The notes under the pieces are model-generated. The model was given only the letters and a program-made list of their open reading frames with translations, did no database searches and was not told the DNA's origin. Position numbers and translations under genes: made by a program. 64,000 nucleotides of DNA from the human T2T-CHM13v2.0 reference genome, Homo sapiens: the NCBI RefSeq assembly GCF_009914755.1, contig NC_060925.1; one strand, written 5' to 3'. Below, one piece after another: positions 52,192 through 64,000 of the stretch; the first letter of the stretch is position 1; each line of letters opens with the position of its first letter.

Positions 52192-54335
52192 AAAAATACC
52201 TGCCCCTTTCCCCAAAAAGCATATAATGGCAATGTGGCAATGTCTTAATGGAATTTCAGATTGGGATTTGGTGCCATCAAGGTAAACAGTCTTAGTGCTT
52301 TCTGGTTCTGCAGAGTGTAAACCACTGATGTGAAAAATCACAAATAGGAGAGCACAGAGATCTGAGGAGGAGAGACTTGGAAATCTTCATTTAGAGAGAT
52401 AATTGTGGAACTTCTATGTGATGTTTTTGTTGTTTTTGTTCCAAAGATGGCTAAATTTTAAATTATGACTTTTGTTTTTCACTCAGACTCACTAAGCAGC
52501 TAGGAGGTTGTGGGGAGTCTGCAGATTATAGTGATTTTAGCTATTATCAGCACTTCCATTTTAACAGTTTTTTTCAATTATAGCATTAAACACATGCCCA
52601 GTGCTAATTTTGAGTGAAGGTGTCTTTATAAATATTTTAAAGGTATCTACTAGCTTGTGGCTTTATTTGGAACAGGTGAATGTATCAGGAGAGAAACATG
52701 TGCATTCCTCTGTGTAGTAGGTTGAACCTTAGGAAATTGCTGTAATAAGCTATATGTACATGGAATCTCCACTTGGAGCCATGGGTACAGAAACCTCATC
52801 ACAGCTCTAATTTCATCTCTTCCAAATCAGATCCATTTGGAGCTTTGCTGACTGAGGATCCTGCCTTCTGCCATCATTTTACAACACTACTTAGGTCTAG
52901 TGTTTTAAATATCTTTGTTTGCAAAGCTTCTTTTTGATGGGGAATTACAGATGTATTTTATGAATTAAAACTATGGTAGCCTACAATTAACTCACAGTGT
53001 TAGGTAAGAGGGCAGGGTAGGTAGCCATGTGAAAACTGGCATTTTTTATTAGCTTCTCATACTGAAGTAATTTCAGATGCCTGTAGGGTATTTGAGTGCA
53101 ATTCCATGGAGATTTCTTATATACTTACCTGAAAGTGTGTTTTAGATAAGATTATCATTTTATAATCTATATTATATACACGATAGCAAGTTTACTGAAA
53201 TCTGTAGCAATTATGGACTTTAAGCTTATTATTCTGTTTGAGTTGATGGTTTTTAAAAGTCTTATTTTTCGGCCATTCTATTAACCTTTTTTAGTTCAAT
53301 GTTGTCTTTCCACAAAATGTCCTGTAGTAGGTGTTTTATTTTCCTCTTAGCAAGTAGAAGTCTAGTATCTCTTATATTTTTGAAAAAGAAATCCATTAAT
53401 GATATTTTTGAACAGCTGTGATAAATAATAAATGGATTTATAGTCACCTCCGACTATATGGCAATTTGTTAGGGAACCATATAAATCCACTCTAATGGAG
53501 CAATTAGCTTTGAACAGAGCATGTAGACAGTCAAGGTGTGAGCCACGGTTTTCATTTTTTTCTTGATATTGTTCACATTTGAAAAGGAAGTTACTTGTCT
53601 TCTCTAGGTTGTGCCTAGGATTGACACAATGATTAGCAGTAACTTTTATTGGTAAAACATGTCCAAGATTGAAAAACAAAATACAGAGAATGTTTCATCA
53701 TGAGCCCACTTTGGAGGACAGGCAAAAAGACAAGATTCGACCATCGAGTGGTTTATTTACCACCATGTTTTACCAGAAAATGATGAATGATTTATTTTGA
53801 GTAACAATGTTTGGATCACAAATTCTTTTATAATGCAATTCATTTATTGTAATAAATTTTAAAATGAAAATAGAGAATGTTCTTTATATTGCTTGCTTGT
53901 GATATAAAGTTCTTGAGAACGAGAATAACCATGAGCCGTCTTCCTGAGTATTCAAATATCTAGTTAAGTACCATCAACTCTTAGGAGTTCAGTATCTCTT
54001 TGTGGACCGGCACAGTGGACAGATGTAAATTTAGAAATTGATTAAGAAGCCCTCAGGCATTCTTTTCTTTTTTTGAAGTTTCTTGGTTCGACTCCAGTTT
54101 TTTTCCTCTCATTTTGAACTCCAATAGCAGCAGAGAGCACAGATCCAGCCCCCTTTCCTTGAACCCATATATGTGGTCCTGAGATCTAGTGACAGCACTC
54201 CTGGTTTGGGTTCCAGAGCTTCCACTAGGAGAGCGAGCGGAATTCAATCAACCTTCTCTGACCCCTTAAAGAAGAAGCCCGACCAATTCCCTTCTCATCT
54301 CCTCCAACCTAACCCTCATTCTCTGTTGTTGTCAG

Positions 54336-54646
54336 TGGCGGCACCTGACTTGCTGGATCCTAAATCTGCCGCTCAGAACTCCAAACCGAGGCTCTCGTTT
54401 TCCACGAAACCCACAGTGCTTGCTTCCCGGGTGGAGAGTGACACGACCATTAATGTTATGAAATGGAAGACGGTCTCCACGATATTCCTGGTGGTTGTCC
54501 TCTATCTGATCATCGGAGCCACCGTGTTCAAAGCATTGGAGCAGCCTCATGAGATTTCACAGAGGACCACCATTGTGATCCAGAAGCAAACATTCATATC
54601 CCAACATTCCTGTGTCAATTCGACGGAGCTGGATGAACTCATTCAG
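54336..54646 (+). CDS. KCNK2: KCNK2 exon 2 (311 nt): N-terminal tail, Met57, TM1 ([21 protein letters not shown]), cap helix with Cys108 and N110 sequon
   Basis: Branch CTAAC 54309-54313, pyrimidine tract and CAG acceptor ending 54335; donor CAG|GTAATG at 54647; translation [21 protein letters not shown]...[13 protein letters not shown] matches TREK-1; 46+311=357 nt=119 codons. Confidence 0.98.
54458..54460 (+). other. KCNK2: Internal alternative translation start Met57 (MKWKT...), giving N-truncated TREK-1
   Basis: Codon 57 of the spliced 426-aa frame (c.169); G at -3, whereas Met1 has a weak context (ctcATGc); alternative initiation at M57 is established for TREK-1. Confidence 0.88.
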
Positions 54647-56204
54647 GTAATGGCATGGGAGGAGTTGTTACTCTGTTCCCCCAAATGGGAAATAAAGTGA
54701 TAGGAGGAGACAACTTGTAGCCCAGTGTATTACAGGTGTGCTGGTGGGAGCCCTATCCCACCTCATTTGCCTTAACTTATAGCTCTTTTCCCCAGTTTCT
54801 TTGTCTCATTTCCACTTCTCCTGCCTATATTCTCACTTCTGCCACTTTTTCTTCTCTTCCTCTTTTAGTTCTCTCTCCCAGTGTTCCTTCACATCCTCTT
54901 CTGCTTCTGTTCTTCTGTATTTCTTTCCTGTTGTCTTCCTGCTTTCTTTCCCTTTGCCCTGTCTTAGAAGTGCCAGTGGGCATCCATGGGGTTGGGGTTA
55001 CCACGCTGAAGGTCCTCATGGTTAGGATAATCATTGTCAACTGAGAAACATTGCTGTGGCAAAGGGGAGGAAAACAAAATATACAGAAATGTGCTTTAAT
55101 CTTGGCAGTGGCCATCATAAGATAGAAAAGATGAATTCATGATGTGACCCTCTTGAGATGGGTACCGCTCAGGTCAATAAGTTGTAGCTTACCTCTGAAG
55201 CCAAGGTATAACTTTGATGACTACCTTTTTAAAGTATCTGCAGATAAGTGATTAATTATTGCTTCTCTATCCCCCAGCTAAGAGAAATTTACTAGTACAC
55301 AGAAAAAGAGTTTTTGAATAAAACTAACTTAGTTCTAATTTACTTTATAATAGCAGAACAATATCCTTACAGAAAAACATTTTTGTTTTAAAAATTAATC
55401 ACAGTAAGTTTCAGTTAGGCTCTTTAGAGATGGCAGTATTCTGGTTTTTGTAGATTTCTTTTGCATAAAACAATTCATTGGTCAAATCGGGATCTTAGTG
55501 AAGAAGAAAACTTTAGAATTTTCTCACAAGGAGTGACTTGACTGGTTGTTGAAAATGTTTTAATTGTATACACATTTGTTTTCCTATAGAGCCCACTTTT
55601 CTTACCTGATTTAATTCAAATTGGAATGGAAATTATCTGTGAGTCATCATCTGAGCATGTTCTTTCTTATTTCATATTTGGTTTTACATTGTTTGAATGA
55701 GTTGGAATAGTGGACTGAGGGGAAAAATTATTGTTGGCTTTAATCCTGCTTTTTGTTTGAGGACCCTTTCTCTCATTTCCTCTTGCCATGGATCTCAAGA
55801 TACTATCTCTGCCCTTCATAGTCCTCTCAATTTACAGCATATGCATACACGTTCTTATTCAAGTTTTATTGAAAGATATCAAAACTAGTGTTCTCTGACA
55901 CCTATTTAGTTTCTACCGCATTCAGAAATTTCTGCATCTGAAAATTTGCCTTAAGTTTTGAAAATGCTGTTCACTTATATACTGAATTCTCTATGATTTT
56001 TAGATGATGGTGACCTTTTTAGTATTGGCAGTGAAAGTGTCAGCTAATATTATTGTCCCAACTGCCCCCTTCCCTGGTCCCATGTAAGATCACTTTCACT
56101 TCATTCTCTCTTTGGGCCACATAGACCTATGAGGTACTAAAAATCTTTGAAAAATCCCCACTTCCCTCGGTTTCTGAAGAAGAGCTCTTGGATATCTTGG
56201 TGGA

Positions 56205-56425
56205 GGCAGCATGGTGTAGCAGTAAAAGCTTCAACTTTGAGAGCAGGCAGGATGCGTTTTGAACTGCAGTTGAGTGCTTTATTAGAAGTGTCATCTTAAA
56301 CAAGTAGTTTTCCTCTTTAAGCCTTAAATGATCTATCTGGAATGAGGAAAGAGTATCTATCAAGTAGGGTTGTTGTGAGGTAAAGAGATAATCCACATAA
56401 AGTGTTTCGGTGCTCAGAAAGTGTT
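56205..56425 (+). mobile_element. MIR
   Basis: gaggcagcatggtgtagc...gggttgttgtgaggtaaagagataat..gtgctcagaaa. Confidence 0.7.
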
Positions 56426-57784
56426 AGATTTGTTTTCTGTGGTTATTGTTTTCCTCTCTTGTCCCTTCATTGGATTGTAGCCTCTGATTCATGTAGTTGC
56501 ATTCTTATCACCTGGAGTGAGATGCTTGGTTGGACAGGACAGGAAAAAAAAAAAAAAACCATGACCAGCGTTTCAGGACAACACTGGAAGAAATTATGTG
56601 TGAATTTGAAAATGGTCTCACCGTCCAGTATTACCCAGATTTATTCAGAACTCTAAAGATAACTTGAAGGTCATGGCAGGTAGGAGCAATCTGGTGGTGA
56701 ATACTGATCACTTTTTGCTACATTGTCTTTGAAATGGAAACAAGCAGAAATCAAAATATGACCTAATTTTTTTCTTTATGCTCTGCATTGGCAATCCATT
56801 TTAGCTTTATTAATTTTCTCTGCTGATTATTTTTGCTTCATAAAAATCTTTTTTATATCAATTCAATATTTTTCAGTGCAGAAATTACCTTTTATTTACT
56901 CTTACACTGTTCACCTTTATAATCCAATGGTTTTGATAATCATTTTTTCTTTTTAAACATAATTTATTTTGATAAAAGAAATCATTACAATGCCATGACT
57001 TCAAGGATCAAGATTAGTGTGTAAACAGGGAGGAAGGTAAATAAGCCAATAATCATATATTAGAATTACACTTCCTTCATATGATTCTTATAAATTTCCC
57101 AATCTTTTTTTTCACATTTATTTTCCCATTTAATCATCCCTTAAAACCTCGTAAGTCTATCTATTGGGCAGCAATACCACAACATTAAGGATTAGATAGC
57201 ATCATTCGGATGAGAGTTCAGATCTTCAGAATCTTTTGGTCAGGCATTTTTCCTAGAAGTCTCTGCTCTTTTGGAGCTTACCTTCTTTCAGTGCTGAGGG
57301 GGGAAACAGTTGGAGTAGTTAGCATTTCAGTTCTAGTGTTGTTGAAGAAATTCTGCTACATATTATGGAGAGTGAGGACAGAGGAGGAAGTGAGTGGTCT
57401 GACAGTGGGCCAATATCAGGTGCAGTTAGTCTAATCTGGTCTCAGGCATTAGGTTATTAATTACTCCTCTGATTGGACTATAGCAACTTGATTTCATGCT
57501 GTGGTTGTGTCTCAGGGTGGGGTTGGGGAGGTGAGGGAAGATATGGGTAATGGAGCATTAAGGCAGATGAGATCAACTGCTTCTTTTGTTATAGAAGCAT
57601 GTGTGTATGTACTAAGTGTTGTTTTTGGCACTGGACCTTCAAGACAAGGTTGAGGAGGGGCAAAGACATCAAAACAGATACCTTTGCCAATCTGACATGT
57701 TTTGAGCAATATGATTTTCAACTCCCATTACATTTAAACTAATGTGATGTCAGTACAGAAACATATATGGCAAATTGTTCAGGT

Positions 57785-58092
<308 letters not shown>

Positions 58093-59484
58093 TGTTTAAA
58101 TTTTAAGAGCCACGGATACCATTAACAATAGCCAAAATTTAATTGGCACTTACTATGTGCAAGGCATTATTCTAACTATTTACCTATATTATCTCACATA
58201 ACTCTCTTAAACCACCGTAATAGGTAGGTGCCTTATTATCTGCTTTTACCTTATAGGGAAACTGAAGTAAGGGGCGCTTCAGTTTCCAAGAGTGCATGGT
58301 GGAAGAACTGTCATTCAAATGTTTGGATAAACTCTAGCACTTACTTCTGGTATTTACTGCTTTTAAAAATAATTTAATAAATATTTGATGTAAAGTTTCC
58401 TGTTATTCCATATGTTAAGGTATAATGAATATTATAGTTCTCTGTACATATAGCATATCTTTCTTTCCAAAATGAAAAGTATATAAACTGAATCTTAATA
58501 TTCTTTCTGGACAACAGGATTATATCAGCATTTTCCCATTTAAATGTGGCAAACCAGTAGAGGATGGTCACATTAGACATATCTAGTCTTCATTTATTTC
58601 TGTGTTAGTTGAATCAATTATAAGGTTAAAAGATAGAGTGAAATCTATGATCTATATATTGACAATAAAAATATCTTATAGGACATTTGACTTTTTTGTT
58701 TTCTAATTTGAGCCCCACTCCTTCTTGAGCTAGGTTGGGAAGATATTCTATCTGTTTTGTGGTGAAGAAACTGACATGTTTGGACAAGGTCATCTGGTGG
58801 CCTCAGGTCTAGATCTTCAGAGTCTTCCTGCTGAAGGGATTATCTTCTCTTTATACTAGGCATCTCATTTTCGTTCATCCAGTGGCATTTACTGAGGACC
58901 TCCAATGTGTTTACCTCAATGGTGGGTGTTGAGCCATTTAAGATGATGGAAAAAAAACACATGGCTTCTCTCAAGGCGCTTCTTCCTACATGTCAATCAA
59001 AGGAGATAGCTATTAACATAGGTACAATAGCATTACCGTAGAAATACTTACAGACTTGAGCTGGAATCCCTACGTGTTGGGGCCCTGAGGAAGAAATTAA
59101 GCATTTAATGAGAGGAAGATACAGAAGATGTGAAAGGAAACTTGATTTTAAGGTGCCTCATAGTGCTCTAGGGGAAGACGAGGGGAATAGTGGACATTCT
59201 AAGCAGAATGGGCATGGTATGCTCCAGTAACTGAATATCTGGGTGTGAGGGGCAGGGGCATGAGCAGGTTTGACAAAGTAGACCATGGAGCATTGTTCCA
59301 TACCAGGGAGGTGGGCTTTATCCTAGGCCTACTCCTCCACTTGGTGTCAGTTTTGTGGGCACTTGGCTGTGTAGCAGAGGATACTCGGAGCTACAGGATA
59401 AATAAATAAACATGCCTTCTCTAGAATACCAGTGATAGTGGCCTTTAAAAACAAAACAAAACATTGTTTTATATTAATTCCATA

Positions 59485-61150
59485 ATCATTCATTCATTCA
59501 AAAGCATTTGTTGAATGCCTACTGTGTACATTGTCCTAAGTGCTGAAAGACAGTGGAGAATAAAATCAGAAGAAAATTTGTACCATCCGTGAGTTTACAT
59601 TTGCTGGGGAAGGTAATATGTTTGATAGAACAAGTTTTGGGAGAAAAAGTAAAGCAGTGGAGAGGGCTTGGAAATGTTGGATGGCGTTGGTGATTAATTC
59701 CAGATATGGTCACTAAGGAGGCTTCACTAATAAGGTGACTTTTAAGTAAAGAGTGAGGGAAATAGCCAAGTAGCTGTCTGGGGAATAACACTTAGGCAGA
59801 ATGCTCACCACATACAGAGGTTCTCACCGAGGGGAGAGTTCCTGGCATGTAGAAGAACTACAAGGATGCTGGGATGGAGAGGTAGAAGGTGATGTCAGGC
59901 AGGTAATGGGGGCCAGGTCATGTAGGGCCCTGGAAGTCATCATCATAAGGAGTTCGGCTTTTTGGTGCAGATAAGTATCCAGCTCCGGCTTACATTTCAA
60001 GAGGATTTCCCTGGCTGTGGTGTTGAAAATAGACCACACAAGGCAGTGAGTAGAAACAGGGGAGGCAGGCAGGAGGCTGTTGTAATAATCCTGGTAAGAA
60101 ATGAGGGGGGCTTGACCTAAGAGATTGTGAGATACGATCAGATTCTGGATGTATTTTGGAAGGAAAGCTAATAGGGTTTGCTGATTGACCAGAGGTGCAG
60201 TGCAAGGGAGAGGAGTCAAGGACAACCCCAAGATTTTTGGCCCAGGGAATGAACAGAATGGGGCTCCCACTTTCCTGAGATGGGAAAGAGTGAAGAAGAG
60301 CTGGTTTTGGGCATAATGTCAGGAGCTTAGCTTTGGACATTGCACTAATTGTGTCAGTTATACATGCTTTAGTTATTGAGGAAGATTGATGGGATGCCAC
60401 ATAGCAGGGCTTACAGATCCACAGTTTATTGCAGGAAAATGATAGACATATAGCAGCAGTACCCAAGTAAAGCCATGCATCAGAGGCAAAGGCTGCATGA
60501 CAGCAAGGGGTCTGCAGAGGCCAGTGCCAGCTCCAGTGATACTTCCTCTGCAAGGCCATACCAGGACACTCCTCTCTTGAATCAAGAACCACTGATGTGT
60601 GCATGGAACATTTTGGAACCAAATAGCCTAAAATGGGGTGTCAGCCTGGGCTTCTTATATCTTGCTGGTCACATAGGGATGTGTTTCCTGCGTAACCAGT
60701 TCCAGCGACATAGCTCCCCAGAGTCTCACCAAGACCAGGTGCAAATCATCCATTGCACTGTTACTAACAAGCAATGCTGACAAGCTGGTACCCACCTCCC
60801 TGAAACTCCTCAGACCATGGCTATAAAGTGATACTCTTGGTTATCGTGTCTCATGCCTTTACCAAGGGACAGTGCTGTATTTAAGCAAAACAGCTCAGAC
60901 TGATTTCAGGTCAGCACAGCCATGTGAAATTTGAGTTGATTATTAGGACATCCAAGTGGAGATGTTAAGTAGGAAGCTGCAAATATGAGTTTGGAGTTTG
61001 CGGGAGGGGCCAGACTGAAGATACACATTTGGAAGTCATCATTATATAGAAGCTATTTAAAATCAAGACGCTGGATAAAAACATCTGGGGAATGAGTGTA
61101 GGTTGAAATGAACAGAGATTCTAATGTGGTTCCAGGAGCACTTCAACATG
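59485..61150. mobile_element. L2 (long), interrupted at ~60345-60920 by a probable LTR
   Basis: cattcattcattcaaaagcatttgttgaatgcctact; gattctggatgtattttgga; ctttggacat...tgtgaaatttgag..gacatccaagtggagatg. Confidence 0.75.
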
Positions 61151-61283
61151 TAGCAATCTGTAAGGACTAGAATCCAAAAGATTTCAAGGATATTTACCTC
61201 ATTTTAGGAAACCGTATCACTCTATGCTGCCAGACCTCCAAAGGTTTTATTATTTTCCTTTAAGGGCCATTTAAAAGAAACAT

Positions 61284-61885
61284 GAATATATATACATATA
61301 TTAAATATACATATATATAAAATATACATATATTATATATAAAATATACATATAATATACCTATAATATACATATAATATATAATATATATTATGTACAT
61401 ATAATATACATATAATATATATAATATATAATGTACATATAATATACATATAATATATGTTATATATTATATATAATATAGGATATATATAATATAGAAT
61501 ATATATACTATATTGTATATATAAGATATATAATATATAGTATATATACTATATAATATATAATATATAGTATATATAATATATAATATAGAATATATAT
61601 ACAATATATAATATAGAATATAGGATATATATAGAATATACATATATAATATGTATATATTATATATTATATTATATATTATATAAAAATATATAATATA
61701 TAATATAAAAATATATTATATATTATATAATATATAATATATTATATATTATATATTATATATAAAAATATATTATATATTATATATTATATATAAAAAT
61801 ATATTATATATTATATATAAAAATATATATTATTACATGACAATATATATAATATATAAAATATATAATATATATATATTGTATA
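61284..61885. repeat. ~600-bp almost pure AT (TA/TATAA) low-complexity tandem repeat
   Basis: Seen directly. Confidence 0.96.
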
Positions 61886-61958
61886 TGGTTGGTGCAAATG
61901 CGGTTTTTGTCATTACTTTCAATGGCCAAAACTGCAATTACTTTTGCACCAACCTAAT
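61885..61958. mobile_element. MADE1 (Hsmar1-derived MITE), left arm partly deleted
   Basis: ggttggtgcaaa-tgcggtttttg..attactttcaatgg..aaaactgcaattacttttgcaccaacctaata. Confidence 0.9.
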
Positions 61959-64000
61959 ACAATGATTTGGTGGCTGTCATTCTGATTTGTGTAAGCACTC
62001 AGGTATATTGGATATTTGACTTCAGTCTTAGAAAGAGTACAATTATTTTTTATTTATGGAGAGATAACATGCTGTCCAGAAAGTATCTAAAAAGGCTTTC
62101 TTTTCTTACCAGTGGTTTTGCTCTTCTCATAAAACTTTTTGTACCTAATTATAGATTTTAGGGACATAAAAATAGCCTGCAAAATGTCTAAACATCCCAT
62201 AAATACTTTCTGTCCTTTCGGTTAATCTCTGGAAAAAAGCACTTTAAAGCAGTGTCATTTGTAACCTTCTTGGATGTATATTAACCTAGTAGCTTGAATT
62301 ATTTTACCAGATTAACTAGATGCTACTTAAATGTCAGTGCTGCAAAGGTGAGAGTTCCAAGAGGGAATTGGGCTACCAAATGGGGATATAGAAATCTTAA
62401 AGAAAACCATGTCAATTTCCAATTTTCCTAGGACTCCCCCACGTGCTACTTTCTTAGAGGAATAAATCATTCTTGCTTTCACTCTCTGCCCATATGTTCA
62501 TGCTGGCTTGCAAAATACTTTTCCTTGTATAACTACATCAAGTAGCAATTGAGACATTTTCATGTACTATTTATTAATAATTAGGTTTTTATTATAAAAC
62601 ATGAAAGTAGTCTGTCAGAAAATTTTATCTTTGAAGAATATATGAAGATTAACAAGTTAATATTGGATACAAAATGAGAAAAATGCCATATAAGTGGTAT
62701 ATATCAATAAAATATCACTCAAACTGATGTGATTAAAAAGGAATATTATTTAAAAATAATGGCTAGAATATTATTTGATAGGTGGGATGGTTATTTGAGA
62801 ATGAGAAATTATTCTGCATGTAAATTTTCGTATATTTCAAAATATTTTTTGGCAGAAAACTTATTTAGTCTAAGCTGAAAACAAGACTTAAATGTAGAGC
62901 TCAGTCAGACAGACAGTATTAGAGTAAGGTTTGACCAATGTAGATCTGTCAATATTAATTGTAATAATAGCTCTAAAATTCTAAGAGTTGTATATTCCAC
63001 GTTTGTGTATTTTATCACATATTTGTATATCATTTTACACTTTAAAGTAAATTATATTACTTAATTCTCACATCCCTTAGGCACATATGTAGTAATTCGT
63101 ATTTGTAAAATGGAGAAACAGAGGGACAGACAGATGAAGCGCCTTGCAGTTCAGAAAGAAACAAATGGCACCTTAACCAGATTCTTCCTTATGACCCCAT
63201 CTCCAGTTCTTTCCTCTTAGACAGTTATACAGGAATGCGTGCAACACATGTCTAGCAATAATAGATACCCAATAAATATTTAGTTCAAGTCTGCATCTTC
63301 CTAGAGATACTTTGATAAATCTTCTGTCTTGCTTTGTTAGGAAACAGAAAGATTTTTCTTCATGATCACCGTTTTACAGATGAGTAAATTGAGGCACATA
63401 TTGTTTAACCAAGGACCCCTCTGCCTGTTTCAGCTTGAGATGCTGAAAGTGGCACAGCAAACGTTAAAATTGCAGAGCTTCTATTCAGGTGACTCTAACG
63501 CTTCTTTCCACAGTACCAAATGGCCTCTTTAGAAGCGATGTTATGGGGTTGCGTTTTTTTCACCCCAGGCTCCTGTTTTACCCAACCCTACAAACCAAAT
63601 CAGATTTATGATCTGTGCCTCTAGGACATGCTTCCTTAATTTTAAATTGCTGCTGGATTGTAAACCCAGTAAACACTGCTTTAGTCGTCTGTGTGCTCTG
63701 TGCTGTACTAGCAAGGATGAGCAGCTGAAGATACAGCAGGTCTGTAGATGTGAAGGCAGAACATTTACTCATGGTAAACTGAGCACAATTATAAGGACAC
63801 AAAAGGGCAAATAAAATATTTTGCTAAAACGTGTGTGACTGGGCATTCTTCATGCCGGGGCATGACTAGGTGAGGTAAATCAGGGAAGGCAAGAGTGGGG
63901 GCAAGGGGAAATAGTTGCAAAGACACACTAAATTCACGTGCTACCTGTTGGATTATACGACTTTTATCTTTTCTTGCTTGCTAGCATTCACAAAGTAATA

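Noticed and set aside
54173-54700. 175-aa ORF as a standalone gene
   Set aside because: It is KCNK2 exon 2 extended into intron on both sides; the real boundaries are 54336-54646
59824-60622. 148- and 210-aa minus-strand ORFs
   Set aside because: They lie in decayed L2/LTR sequence with non-ATG or chance starts

Overview
Primate (most likely human) genomic DNA from the KCNK2 (TREK-1, K2P2.1) two-pore potassium channel locus, gene on the + strand. Positions 1-~49,700 are AT-rich and repeat-dense (old L1, L2, MIR, Alu, THE1/MST/MLT LTRs, hAT/mariner MITEs). From my recall of the gene this is intron 1 of a distal-promoter isoform whose first exon lies outside the window. A CpG island (~49.8-51.9 kb) holds the proximal promoter, a (GGC)9 repeat and the first exon, which has two alternative donors (51275 and 51399). 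Exon 2 (54336-54646) encodes the N-terminus, TM1 and the cap helix; intron 2 runs off the window. All other ORFs in the track look spurious. I see no foreign or unknown protein-coding system. The most interesting signal is a compact translational-control layout around the KCNK2 start: an AUG assembled by splicing, several uORFs, three AUGs 7 nt apart in three frames, and a spliced overlapping uORF that stops exactly on the known internal start Met57 (AUGA). There is also an 85-nt near-perfect hairpin, several template-switch-like palindromes and some locally templated duplications. Repeat subfamily calls and boundaries were made by eye and are approximate.
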